A DNA stretch of 64,000 bases from Lachnospiraceae bacterium UBA2860. Its GTDB lineage: Bacteria; Bacillota; Clostridia; Lachnospirales; Lachnospiraceae. The notes beneath the pieces were generated by a model. That model searched no databases and was not told the DNA's origin. It worked only from the letters and a program-made list of their open reading frames with translations. A program made the position numbers and the translations under genes. Position 1 is the first letter of the stretch. Each line of letters opens with the position of its first letter. Shown here piece by piece: positions 17,570 through 25,663 of the stretch. Location: contig DEFE01000028.1 of the NCBI GenBank assembly GCA_002350625.1, positions 18,561 to 82,560 of the forward strand, in the 5' to 3' direction.

Positions 17570-18914
17570 GAAGCTGGTGGTCCGCCCGATCGTCGGGTGC
17601 CTTACCCATTCACACTTCTGGGAAGGCCCGTGTCGGGCGGGTCATGCCGAGGATATGACCAAAGAAGCGGAAGCAGCCGCAGCAGACCGCTATCTCGCCC
17701 AGATGAAAAAGGAACTGGAAAAGGTGATCCCGGAGGTTGAGCTGCTTCCCGTGATTGACGCCCGGTATCAGGAGACCTTTGTGGTTCCCGAGAACGTCTA
17801 TGCGCAGATCGAAGAGGATCTGCAGCGGGTTGACCTGTTCCTGTGCATGGGCTGGCGCATTCCGAAGCTCGAGCGCTACAAAAAAACCGTCGTCGTGATG
17901 CAGAACGGAAATGAAGGCATTGACTTTGCCGCCTACTGCCGCGATATCGGCGTGGAAGCACACGTGGCCATGGACATGCAGGATTTAAACGAAATCCTCT
18001 ACTATCTGTGGGTGCGCAAAGCCATATCCTGCACGCGGGTTCTCTGCCTTTCCGCCGCAGGCCAGCCGACCTTCGGCATCCAGAGCCTGATCCGTGATCC
18101 GGAGATCCTGCGGCAGCGCTACGGCCTGGAGGTGGTCAAGCTGACGTTTTACGACATTTTCAAGTATATGGACGGCATCACGGATGAGGAAGCACGGCCC
18201 ATCGCCGAAAGAATCATAGCGGGCTCCTCCGATACGAAGGTGAACACTGACTGGTTCCTCAATGACGTCAAATATTACCTGGCGGCGAAAAAGATGATGG
18301 ACGTGTTCCAGTGCAACGCGTTTACCACAGCCTGCCATGAGCTGTGCACCTCCGAGATTCCCCAGAACCGCAAGTTTACTCCCTGCATGTGCCACTCGCT
18401 TCTCAAGGACGAAGGCATTCCCAGCGGATGCGAAGAAGACCTGAATGCGCTGATGGCCATGTGCATCCTGCAGTATCTCGGAAAACGCCCCTGCTTTATG
18501 GGCAATCCGAACCACGAGACAGACGAGCTGCTCCGGATTCATCACGCGGTTCCGGCCCTCAGCATGAACGGATACGGGACCAAGGCACTTGATTATAAGC
18601 TGTGGGCCTTCACCGGTCAGGGCTTCGGCGGAAAGCTGCAGATCGATTTCACACAGAATCTGCAGGATAAAATCACCCTCGGCCGGTTCAATCCCGCGGG
18701 GGATACGATGATCGTAAAAACCGGAGAAGTTCTCCGCACCGAATACGACGATGTATACTGCAGTCCATACTACTATATTCAGATGGATGACGCGAGAACC
18801 TTCATGCACAATCTCGCGGGCTTTGGCCACCATCAGGTCCTGGTCTTCGGGGACTATGTCAAAGAAGTGAAGGAATTGTCACGGTATATGCATTTCAGTG
18901 TTCTGGAAGGATAA
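17547..18914 (+). CDS. L-fucose/L-arabinose isomerase-like superfamily protein of unknown specificity
   Basis: ATG at 17547 is preceded by GGAAAGGAA. The length and the CEEDLNALMAMCILQ (CEGD-like) segment resemble FucI/AraA-like aldose-ketose isomerases. Overlaps the upstream gene end by 23 nt. Confidence 0.6.
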   Translation: MKKKAMDEKLVVRPIVGCLTHSHFWEGPCRAGHAEDMTKEAEAAAADRYLAQMKKELEKVIPEVELLPVIDARYQETFVVPENVYAQIEEDLQRVDLFLCMGWRIPKLERYKKTVVVMQNGNEGIDFAAYCRDIGVEAHVAMDMQDLNEILYYLWVRKAISCTRVLCLSAAGQPTFGIQSLIRDPEILRQRYGLEVVKLTFYDIFKYMDGITDEEARPIAERIIAGSSDTKVNTDWFLNDVKYYLAAKKMMDVFQCNAFTTACHELCTSEIPQNRKFTPCMCHSLLKDEGIPSGCEEDLNALMAMCILQYLGKRPCFMGNPNHETDELLRIHHAVPALSMNGYGTKALDYKLWAFTGQGFGGKLQIDFTQNLQDKITLGRFNPAGDTMIVKTGEVLRTEYDDVYCSPYYYIQMDDARTFMHNLAGFGHHQVLVFGDYVKEVKELSRYMHFSVLEG

Positions 18915-19908
18915 CGGCATCGATCCTTTTGAGTTCCTCCTCCGTGAATCCCGTGTTTTCTATGGCGCGGACATTTTCCTCCAGCTGCTCCGGCCGCGAT
19001 GCGCCGATCAGGGCGGAGCACACCTTCCCGTCCCTGAGGATCCAGGCGAGAGCCATCTGGGCGAGGGACTGGCCGCGCTCTTTTGCCAGCTCATTGAGGG
19101 CGGAAACCTTCAGGCGGACGTCCTCCGTCAGGGCGCGGTCGTTGAGGAAGCGGCTGTCTGTGGCGATCCGGCTGTCTTCAGGGATTTCCTTCAGGTATTT
19201 TCCCGTGAGCAGTCCCTGCGCCAGAGGGCAGAAGGCAATGACGCCGATGCCGTTCTCATGGCAGTACTCCTTAACTCCGTCGCTCTCGATCGTCCGGTCC
19301 AGTATCGAGTAACGCCTCTGGTTGATGATTAAAGGACAGCGGTATTCCTTCATGATCTCAGCCGCCTTTGCCGTATGCTCCCGGTCATAGTTTGAAATAC
19401 CGGCATACAGTGCCTTACCGCTGCGGACAATGTCAGCCAGCGCGCCCATCGTCTCTTCCAGGGGCGTCTCCGGGTCCATGCGGTGATGATAGAAGATGTC
19501 CACATAGTCAAGACCCAGCCGTTTCAGGCTCTGATCACAGCTCGCAATGAGGTATTTTCTGCTCCCCCAGTTTCCGTACGGCCCCGGCCACATATCATAT
19601 CCCGCTTTCGAGGTGATGATGAGCTCATCCCGGTAGGCGGAAAAATCCTCCGCAAGAATCCGGCCCGCATTTTTCTCCGCGGCGCCGTATTCCGGTCCGT
19701 AGTTATTCGCCAGATCGAACTGCGTGATGCCGAGATCAAACGCTTTTCTGCAGATCTCCCGCATCCTGTCATAAGATGAGATATTCCCGAAATTGTGCCA
19801 GAAACCAAGCGAAAGAGCGGGGAACTTCAGGCCGCTGTTTCCGACTCTGTGATACGGCATCGTGTCGTAGCGGCTGCCGGCAGCGATATAAGTTTCTTTC
19901 AGATCCAT
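18895..19908 (-). CDS. Aldo/keto reductase, YghZ/Gpr-like (L-glyceraldehyde-3-phosphate reductase family)
   Basis: 337 aa. MPYHRVGNSGLKFPALSLGFWHNFG N-terminus and FDLANNYGP are typical of AKR14-type enzymes. The 3' end overlaps the convergent gene by 20 nt. Confidence 0.85.
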   Translation of the reverse strand: MDLKETYIAAGSRYDTMPYHRVGNSGLKFPALSLGFWHNFGNISSYDRMREICRKAFDLGITQFDLANNYGPEYGAAEKNAGRILAEDFSAYRDELIITSKAGYDMWPGPYGNWGSRKYLIASCDQSLKRLGLDYVDIFYHHRMDPETPLEETMGALADIVRSGKALYAGISNYDREHTAKAAEIMKEYRCPLIINQRRYSILDRTIESDGVKEYCHENGIGVIAFCPLAQGLLTGKYLKEIPEDSRIATDSRFLNDRALTEDVRLKVSALNELAKERGQSLAQMALAWILRDGKVCSALIGASRPEQLEENVRAIENTGFTEEELKRIDAVILPEH

Positions 19909-20059
19909 GATCTCCTCTCCATTTCCAAAGCATCACCGGATTAACAGGGACATCCCTATTATGGATCAAATCCGGAAGATGTGAAAGAAAAAAACATCTT
20001 GTGAAGATTATTTGTTTTCCGGTTGACAAATGCCGCTGACCAATAGATAATACAGACAG

Positions 20060-20075
20060 AGCGAAACGTTTTGCT
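20060..20075. promoter_or_regulatory. Candidate LacI-family operator (14/16 palindrome AGCGAAACGTTTTGCT)
   Basis: CG-centred palindrome about 45 nt upstream of the LacI-family gene start, in a divergent promoter region. Confidence 0.35.
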
Positions 20076-20119
20076 TTGTTCTGTATTTGTGCATAACCAC
20101 CAAATTTGGAGGTCCGAAA

Positions 20120-21154
20120 TTGGCTGCCACGATTAGAGACATAAAAAAAGTGACGGGGCTTTCACTGGCAACAATCTCCAAATATCTGAACGGCGGCAAT
20201 CTTCTCCCTGAAAACAGAGCCAAGATCGAGAAAGCGATCAAGGATCTTCATTATGAAGTCAACGAGATGGCCAGAGGACTCGTCACCAGCCAGAGCATGA
20301 CCATCGGCGTCGTCGTATTTGACATATCCAATGTGTTTACCTGCTCGGTTCTCAGCTTTCTGGGCAGCCGCTTAAGAGAAGCCGGATACGCTGTGATGAC
20401 CTGCGACTCACAGAACGATCCGCAGCTTGAAATGGACAACATACGCTTTTTGATGGGCAAGAAAGTGGACGGCCTGGTCATCATGCCGGTAGGGCTGTCT
20501 CCCGCTTTCCTGGAGCCGCCCATAAAGGCCGGCATTCCCGTGGTTTTACTGGATCGTTCCGTGGGGGATTCCCGCGTTGACTGTGTGAAGGTCAACAATT
20601 CGGAAGCGTCCTATGAAGCCGTGAAGCTTCTTGCCGGATACGGCCACAGGAAGATCGCGGTCGTCGGCTCGGATACGGTTGTCACCGGAAGAGAGCGCCT
20701 CGAAGGGTGTCTGGCCGCTCTGAAGGACGAGAACATTGCGCTTCCTCCGGCCTGCCTGAAGCTTGGCGCGCACAGCATCGAACACGGGTATCAGAGCATG
20801 CAGGAGCTCCTTGCACTGCCGGATCCGCCGACCGCAGTGTTCCTCGGCAACTTCGAGATCATCCTCGGTGCAGTCATGGCGATAAACGAATCCAGCTTCA
20901 GCTGCCCGGACGATATATCCGTCATCGGTTTTGACGACCTGATTGTCTCGAAGCTCTCAAACCCCAGGCTGTCCGTTGTCGTACAGCCGCTCCGCAGCCT
21001 CGCGGAGGAAACCGTCCGGCTGCTGCTGAACCGCATTGAGTATGAAAAGACAGTCGAAGCAGATGCAGATGCACCGGATGCACCCGCACACGTCGAGCTG
21101 GTTCTGAAGGCTCGAATCGTTGAAGGGGGCTCCGTTGCCCGGCGCAGGGAGTGA
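20120..21154 (+). CDS. LacI-family transcriptional regulator
   Basis: TTG start at 20120 preceded by GGAGG (7-nt spacer). HTH ATIRDIKKVTGLSLATISKYLNGG, followed by a periplasmic-binding-protein-like sugar-binding domain. Confidence 0.85.
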   Translation: MAATIRDIKKVTGLSLATISKYLNGGNLLPENRAKIEKAIKDLHYEVNEMARGLVTSQSMTIGVVVFDISNVFTCSVLSFLGSRLREAGYAVMTCDSQNDPQLEMDNIRFLMGKKVDGLVIMPVGLSPAFLEPPIKAGIPVVLLDRSVGDSRVDCVKVNNSEASYEAVKLLAGYGHRKIAVVGSDTVVTGRERLEGCLAALKDENIALPPACLKLGAHSIEHGYQSMQELLALPDPPTAVFLGNFEIILGAVMAINESSFSCPDDISVIGFDDLIVSKLSNPRLSVVVQPLRSLAEETVRLLLNRIEYEKTVEADADAPDAPAHVELVLKARIVEGGSVARRRE

Positions 21155-21235
21155 AACGGTTCGCTCCGGCCGCCATTCCGCAGATGATCATCTATAAAAA
21201 CTTCGAAATGTGAATTACGGGAGGAGGAGAAAACG

Positions 21236-22243
21236 ATGATTGATCCCAGTACAGTCCCATCGATGCGTCTTGGAGACGGCGGAACCATCCCGTGCCTCGG
21301 CATGGGCACCTTCGGCTCAGACCGGGTCAGCCCCGAAGAAGTAGCAGGTGCCGTCGCCGGAGGCCTCCGGGTCGGTTACAGACTCTTTGACTGTGCCGCC
21401 TGCTATGGGAACGAAAAGCAGATCGGACAGGTATTCCGCGCCGCCTTTGACGAGAAAATCATCGCGCGCGAGGATCTGTTCATCATGACCAAGGTGTGGA
21501 ACGATATGCACCGCGAGGTCGAAAAATCCTGTCTGCAGAGCATCGAAGACCTGCAGTGTGCGTATCTCGACATGCTGTTCATCCACTGGCCGTTCCCGAA
21601 CTATCATCCGCCTTTCTGTGATGTGGATACAAGGAATCCCGACTCCAGGCCGTTTTCCGTGAACGAATTCCTCGACACCTACAGGCAGATCGAGGCACTC
21701 GTCGACAAAGGACTTGTCCGCCACATCGGCATCTCCAATATGACCATCCCGAAGCTTGAAGCCGTGCTCGGACAGCTTCGCATCAAGCCGGCGGCCTGCG
21801 AGATCGAAATGCATCCGTGCTTCCAGCAGACGGAGCTCTATACATATCTCAAGGATCACGACATCCTGACCATCGGATATATGCCTTTGGGATCCCCGCG
21901 CCGCCCTGAGAGGGATATCGAGCCGGGCGACATCGCGGACATGCAGATGCCCGAGCTTCTAAAAATCGCGCAGGATCACGGGGTCCATCCGGCGATCATC
22001 TGCCTGAAATGGGCGCTTCAGCGGGGCGTCCTCCCGATCCCGTTCTCCGTGCACAACTATGAAGCCAATCTGCGCGCGACCGTCACGGAGAAACTGACGG
22101 ACGAAGAGATGGGCGTCATCTCCACCCTGGAGAGAAACAACCGCCTTGTAAAGGGGCAGGTATTCCTCTGGGAAGGCGCAAGGGACTGGCACGATCTGTG
22201 GGACGAAGACGGCGTGATCGTCGACTGCACGGACTGCACATAA
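21236..22243 (+). CDS. Aldo/keto reductase (DkgA/2,5-diketo-D-gluconate reductase-like)
   Basis: RBS GGGAGGAGGAG. LGMGTFG..., LFDCAACYGNE, IHWPF and GISNM motifs. Confidence 0.9.
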   Translation: MIDPSTVPSMRLGDGGTIPCLGMGTFGSDRVSPEEVAGAVAGGLRVGYRLFDCAACYGNEKQIGQVFRAAFDEKIIAREDLFIMTKVWNDMHREVEKSCLQSIEDLQCAYLDMLFIHWPFPNYHPPFCDVDTRNPDSRPFSVNEFLDTYRQIEALVDKGLVRHIGISNMTIPKLEAVLGQLRIKPAACEIEMHPCFQQTELYTYLKDHDILTIGYMPLGSPRRPERDIEPGDIADMQMPELLKIAQDHGVHPAIICLKWALQRGVLPIPFSVHNYEANLRATVTEKLTDEEMGVISTLERNNRLVKGQVFLWEGARDWHDLWDEDGVIVDCTDCT

Positions 22244-22367
22244 CGGATCCCGGCCCGGGATGCAGCGGGGGGAGCCCCGCTCCGCCGGACGGGTCCGCAT
22301 CATATAAGCGAACAGTTCATCACAAAGCCATAAAAACGAACACCATTCAAAAAGGAGAAAAACGGAC

Positions 22368-23447
22368 ATGAGCATCAATAAAAAGATCATTCCCACCAGC
22401 ATGCTGGGCGCCACGCTTCCCGGAAACAGCACCGTCGAGATGAAAGAATTCGAGGTTCCGACCCCCGGCTTCGGACAGGTGCTTGTGCAGACAAAGGCCA
22501 GTACGATCTGCGGTTCCGATATCCGCGCCATCTACAGGGAGCACACCGGCAAAGGTGCCGAAGGCTACATTCCCGGTATGGTCGCCGGCCACGAGCCCAG
22601 CGGCATCATCGTACAGGAAGGCCCCGGCCTCAAGGAATTCAAGACCGGCGACCGCGTCATCGTCTATCATATCTCCGGCTGCGGCGTCTGCTATAACTGC
22701 CGCATGGGCTATATGATCGCCTGCTCGAATCCCACCTTCCGCCAGGCGTACGGCTGGCAGAGAAACGGCGGCATGGCCCCCTATATTCTCTGTGACGAAA
22801 AGGACCTGGTGCACCTTCCCGATGAGCTGACTTACAAGGACGGCGCACAGGTGGCCTGCGGATTCGGCACGGTCTACGAAGCGCTTGAGAAGATCGGGGT
22901 CAGCGGTGATGACGCCGTTCTGGTTACGGGTCTCGGCCCGGTCGGTCTCGCCACGCTCATGCTGGCAAAGGCCATGGGCGCAAACAAGCTGATCGGCGTA
23001 GAAGTCAACGATTACAGAATCGACCTCGCGAAGAAGCTGAATCTGGTGGATCACGTGTTTAAGCCTTCCGATCACACCGTGCAGGATATTCTGGATCTGA
23101 CCGGAGGCAAAGGCGTCGAGAAAGCCGTTGACTGCTCCGCATCAGACGCCGGGCGCCAGACCTGCGTGAGAGCCTCCAAGGAGTGGGCTAAAATCGCGCT
23201 GGTCGGAGAAGGCAACACCATGACGCTCAATCCCAGTCCCGACATGATGCACGCGCAGAAGACCATCTACGGCTCCTGGGTCACCTCGACCTGGAAAATG
23301 ATGGATCTCGTAGACCGCCTGGTCCGCTGGAACATCCATCCGGGCGACCTGATCACGGATGAGTTCCCGATCGAGCGCGCAGGCGAGGCGTATGCCCTCA
23401 TGGCGAGCGGACACTGCGGAAAAGTCGCGGTGGTCTATCCGGACTGA
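22368..23447 (+). CDS. Zinc-dependent medium-chain alcohol/polyol dehydrogenase
   Basis: CGSD...GHE catalytic-zinc ligands, structural-zinc cluster CGVCYNCRMGYMIAC, and Rossmann motif VLVTGLGPVG. Confidence 0.9.
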   Translation: MSINKKIIPTSMLGATLPGNSTVEMKEFEVPTPGFGQVLVQTKASTICGSDIRAIYREHTGKGAEGYIPGMVAGHEPSGIIVQEGPGLKEFKTGDRVIVYHISGCGVCYNCRMGYMIACSNPTFRQAYGWQRNGGMAPYILCDEKDLVHLPDELTYKDGAQVACGFGTVYEALEKIGVSGDDAVLVTGLGPVGLATLMLAKAMGANKLIGVEVNDYRIDLAKKLNLVDHVFKPSDHTVQDILDLTGGKGVEKAVDCSASDAGRQTCVRASKEWAKIALVGEGNTMTLNPSPDMMHAQKTIYGSWVTSTWKMMDLVDRLVRWNIHPGDLITDEFPIERAGEAYALMASGHCGKVAVVYPD

Positions 23448-23462
23448 AACGGAGTTGGAAAG

Positions 23463-23855
23463 ATGAAGCTGACGGGCCTTAACCACATCACGATTAATGT
23501 CATCGATCTTGATGCTTCAAAGCGTTTCTACGAAGAAGTATTCGGCCTCGAGCCATGTGGTTTCAAGGACATGGGCGATCATACGCTCACTTATTATCAG
23601 CTCCCCCAGGGGGTTCTTCTGGAACTGATCGATTATGAAGCAAAGAGGGATCCCCTCCCGGTCTCTGAGACGCAGACAGGCACCTACAGGCATTTCTGTC
23701 TGGAGGCCGATTCGCTGGATGAGCTTTATGAGATCTGCAGGGAACATGGCGTCTCAGTCCGTTCCGCCCCGGCTTTTGTAGAAAAGCTTGGCCGGAGCAA
23801 CATGCTGATCACCGACCCGAATGGAGTTGAGATCGAAATATTCCTCGCCGGGTAA
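23463..23855 (+). CDS. VOC-family (glyoxalase/bleomycin-resistance/dioxygenase fold) protein
   Basis: 130 aa. LNHITINVIDLDASKRFYEEVFGL N-terminus is typical of glyoxalase-fold proteins. Confidence 0.8.
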   Translation: MKLTGLNHITINVIDLDASKRFYEEVFGLEPCGFKDMGDHTLTYYQLPQGVLLELIDYEAKRDPLPVSETQTGTYRHFCLEADSLDELYEICREHGVSVRSAPAFVEKLGRSNMLITDPNGVEIEIFLAG

Positions 23856-23915
23856 AACCTGACAATCCCGATGACCCGTTCCGCGCACAGGCCTGACCGG
23901 CCGGAGGCAGCAGCG

Positions 23916-24551
23916 ATGTATGAGATGAGTCCCGCGTGGCAGGCTTATTATATGGAAACGGAACCGAACCGGCGCGCCGGACTGCTTCAGAAACTCCTTA
24001 AGGAGGAACCGGACGACGGCGGAAATGCCTGGAGATGGCGGCTCTTCTCTCTCCGCCATTTTGAAAACGGCATCCGTCTGCCGGACATAGGCGAGCTCCC
24101 CGCGAAAGGCGTTCCGGAGCCTTCTTGCGACCGCTACCTCTGGCAGTTTGTCAACATCACACAGATCTATAACACATCCCGCCTTTTCAAGAAAAGCGGG
24201 GAGAGGGAGATCAGACAGTTCTTTCGGGAATGCGGCTTTGACGAAGCCATCTCCTCGGGAGACATCGGTGAAGCGGCACTTTACCGGGAAATCCGGAACG
24301 CGGCAAAGCGGTATTTCAACACCTGCAAAGGCAGCGAATACAGGCGGACGCTGTTCGGCCTTCTCAGCCCGGGCAGCGCAGATCAGAAAAATCAGACCTG
24401 CAAGGACGTCTGGAAGATGACTTTCGGCGTCGAAAGGCGTTTCGGGCTTTCCGGAACGATCCGGGTCTGGATCAAAGCAGTGCAGGATGAATATGAAACA
24501 GAAAATCCCGCAGCTGCAGAGCAGATGGAAAAGCTGTCCGGGACCATGTGA
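23916..24551 (+). CDS. Conserved-looking hypothetical protein, 211 aa
   Basis: ATG at 23916 is preceded by GGAGG (9-nt spacer). Coding-like composition. No catalytic motif recognised. Embedded in the fucose locus. Confidence 0.55.
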   Translation: MYEMSPAWQAYYMETEPNRRAGLLQKLLKEEPDDGGNAWRWRLFSLRHFENGIRLPDIGELPAKGVPEPSCDRYLWQFVNITQIYNTSRLFKKSGEREIRQFFRECGFDEAISSGDIGEAALYREIRNAAKRYFNTCKGSEYRRTLFGLLSPGSADQKNQTCKDVWKMTFGVERRFGLSGTIRVWIKAVQDEYETENPAAAEQMEKLSGTM

Positions 24552-24666
24552 CTGTGTACAGATACCGCATCGAAAAAGCCCTTGCATGAATAGCACCCGG
24601 GGCGGGCACACCCCCAACGCACACATCTATGTCAGAATCGCTAAACCTGACAGGGAGGGAGAGTAG

Positions 24667-25644
24667 GTGGAAAAGCTAAAACAAAATCCAATCGTTAAAA
24701 AGCTGGGATTCAATCGCATCATACTGTTTTGCATCCTGCTGCTGATGTACGGCGTGTTCTCTGCAGTGATCCCCGGCTTCGCAGGCTCTGCCCGTATCAT
24801 GAGCATCTTAAACTACGCGTATTTCCTGGGCTTTCTGGCACTGGGCGTTACTTTCGTCATCGCCACCGGAGGCATCGATTTCTCCATCGGCCCGGTGATG
24901 TTCTGCTGCGCGCTGATGGCCGGCTACACCCTCAACACCTACGGCGCGCCGGTCATCGTTACCCTTCTGATGAGCATCGCAATCGGCTTTGCGTTCGGAT
25001 GCTTCAACGGTTATCTGGTCGCCTATGTCGGGGTCCCTCCGTTCATCGTTTCCATGGCGACCATGAATATCGCCAAGGGACTCGGCTCCGTGTTCACAAA
25101 GACCCAGTCCGTCAGCTGGCCGCAGGCGAATGACCCGAGCGGCATCGGCTGGTTCCGCAATCTGGTCAAGGTCGGCGACATCCCTACCGGCCTGATCATC
25201 TTTGCCATCGCTGCCGTAGCGCTCTACATCGTGATGAACAACACCCGGGCCGGCCGCTACATCCTGTGCCTCGGCAGCAATAAAGAAGCGGTCAGGCTCT
25301 CCGGCGTCAATGTGCGCAAATGGCAGATGCTCGCTTTCGTGATCTGCGGAACGATGGCCGGCATCGCGGCGATCTTTTTCGTCAGCGCATACACAACCGT
25401 GCAGCCCGGTCTTGGCGACACCTACAACAATGAAGCCATCGCTTCCTGCGTCATGGGCGGCACCTCGATGGCAGGCGGTCTCGCTTCGATCGGCGGAACC
25501 GTGATCGGTGTCATGGTTATCTCCCTCCTGCAGGAAGGCATCATGGCCCTCAGAATGACCAAAGAAGTCCAGATGATCATCACCGGCCTTATCGTCATCG
25601 TATTCGTTTATGCCGACGTCTCCGCGAGACGCCGCCGGAACTGA
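24667..25644 (+). CDS. Monosaccharide ABC transporter permease (RbsC-like)
   Basis: GTG start with GGGAGGGAG RBS. 325 aa, ~9-10 TM. Contains TGGIDFSIGP, typical of the RbsC/XylH family. Confidence 0.9.
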   Translation: MEKLKQNPIVKKLGFNRIILFCILLLMYGVFSAVIPGFAGSARIMSILNYAYFLGFLALGVTFVIATGGIDFSIGPVMFCCALMAGYTLNTYGAPVIVTLLMSIAIGFAFGCFNGYLVAYVGVPPFIVSMATMNIAKGLGSVFTKTQSVSWPQANDPSGIGWFRNLVKVGDIPTGLIIFAIAAVALYIVMNNTRAGRYILCLGSNKEAVRLSGVNVRKWQMLAFVICGTMAGIAAIFFVSAYTTVQPGLGDTYNNEAIASCVMGGTSMAGGLASIGGTVIGVMVISLLQEGIMALRMTKEVQMIITGLIVIVFVYADVSARRRRN

Positions 25645-25663
25645 CAGAAAGGAGAAGGAAGAG

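Noticed and set aside
22265-22280. GC-rich hairpin GCGGGG-GGAG-CCCCGC after the aldo/keto reductase gene, as a terminator
   Set aside because: The stem is short (6 bp) and no U-tract follows. The downstream ADH gene is probably co-transcribed, so I do not call it a terminator.
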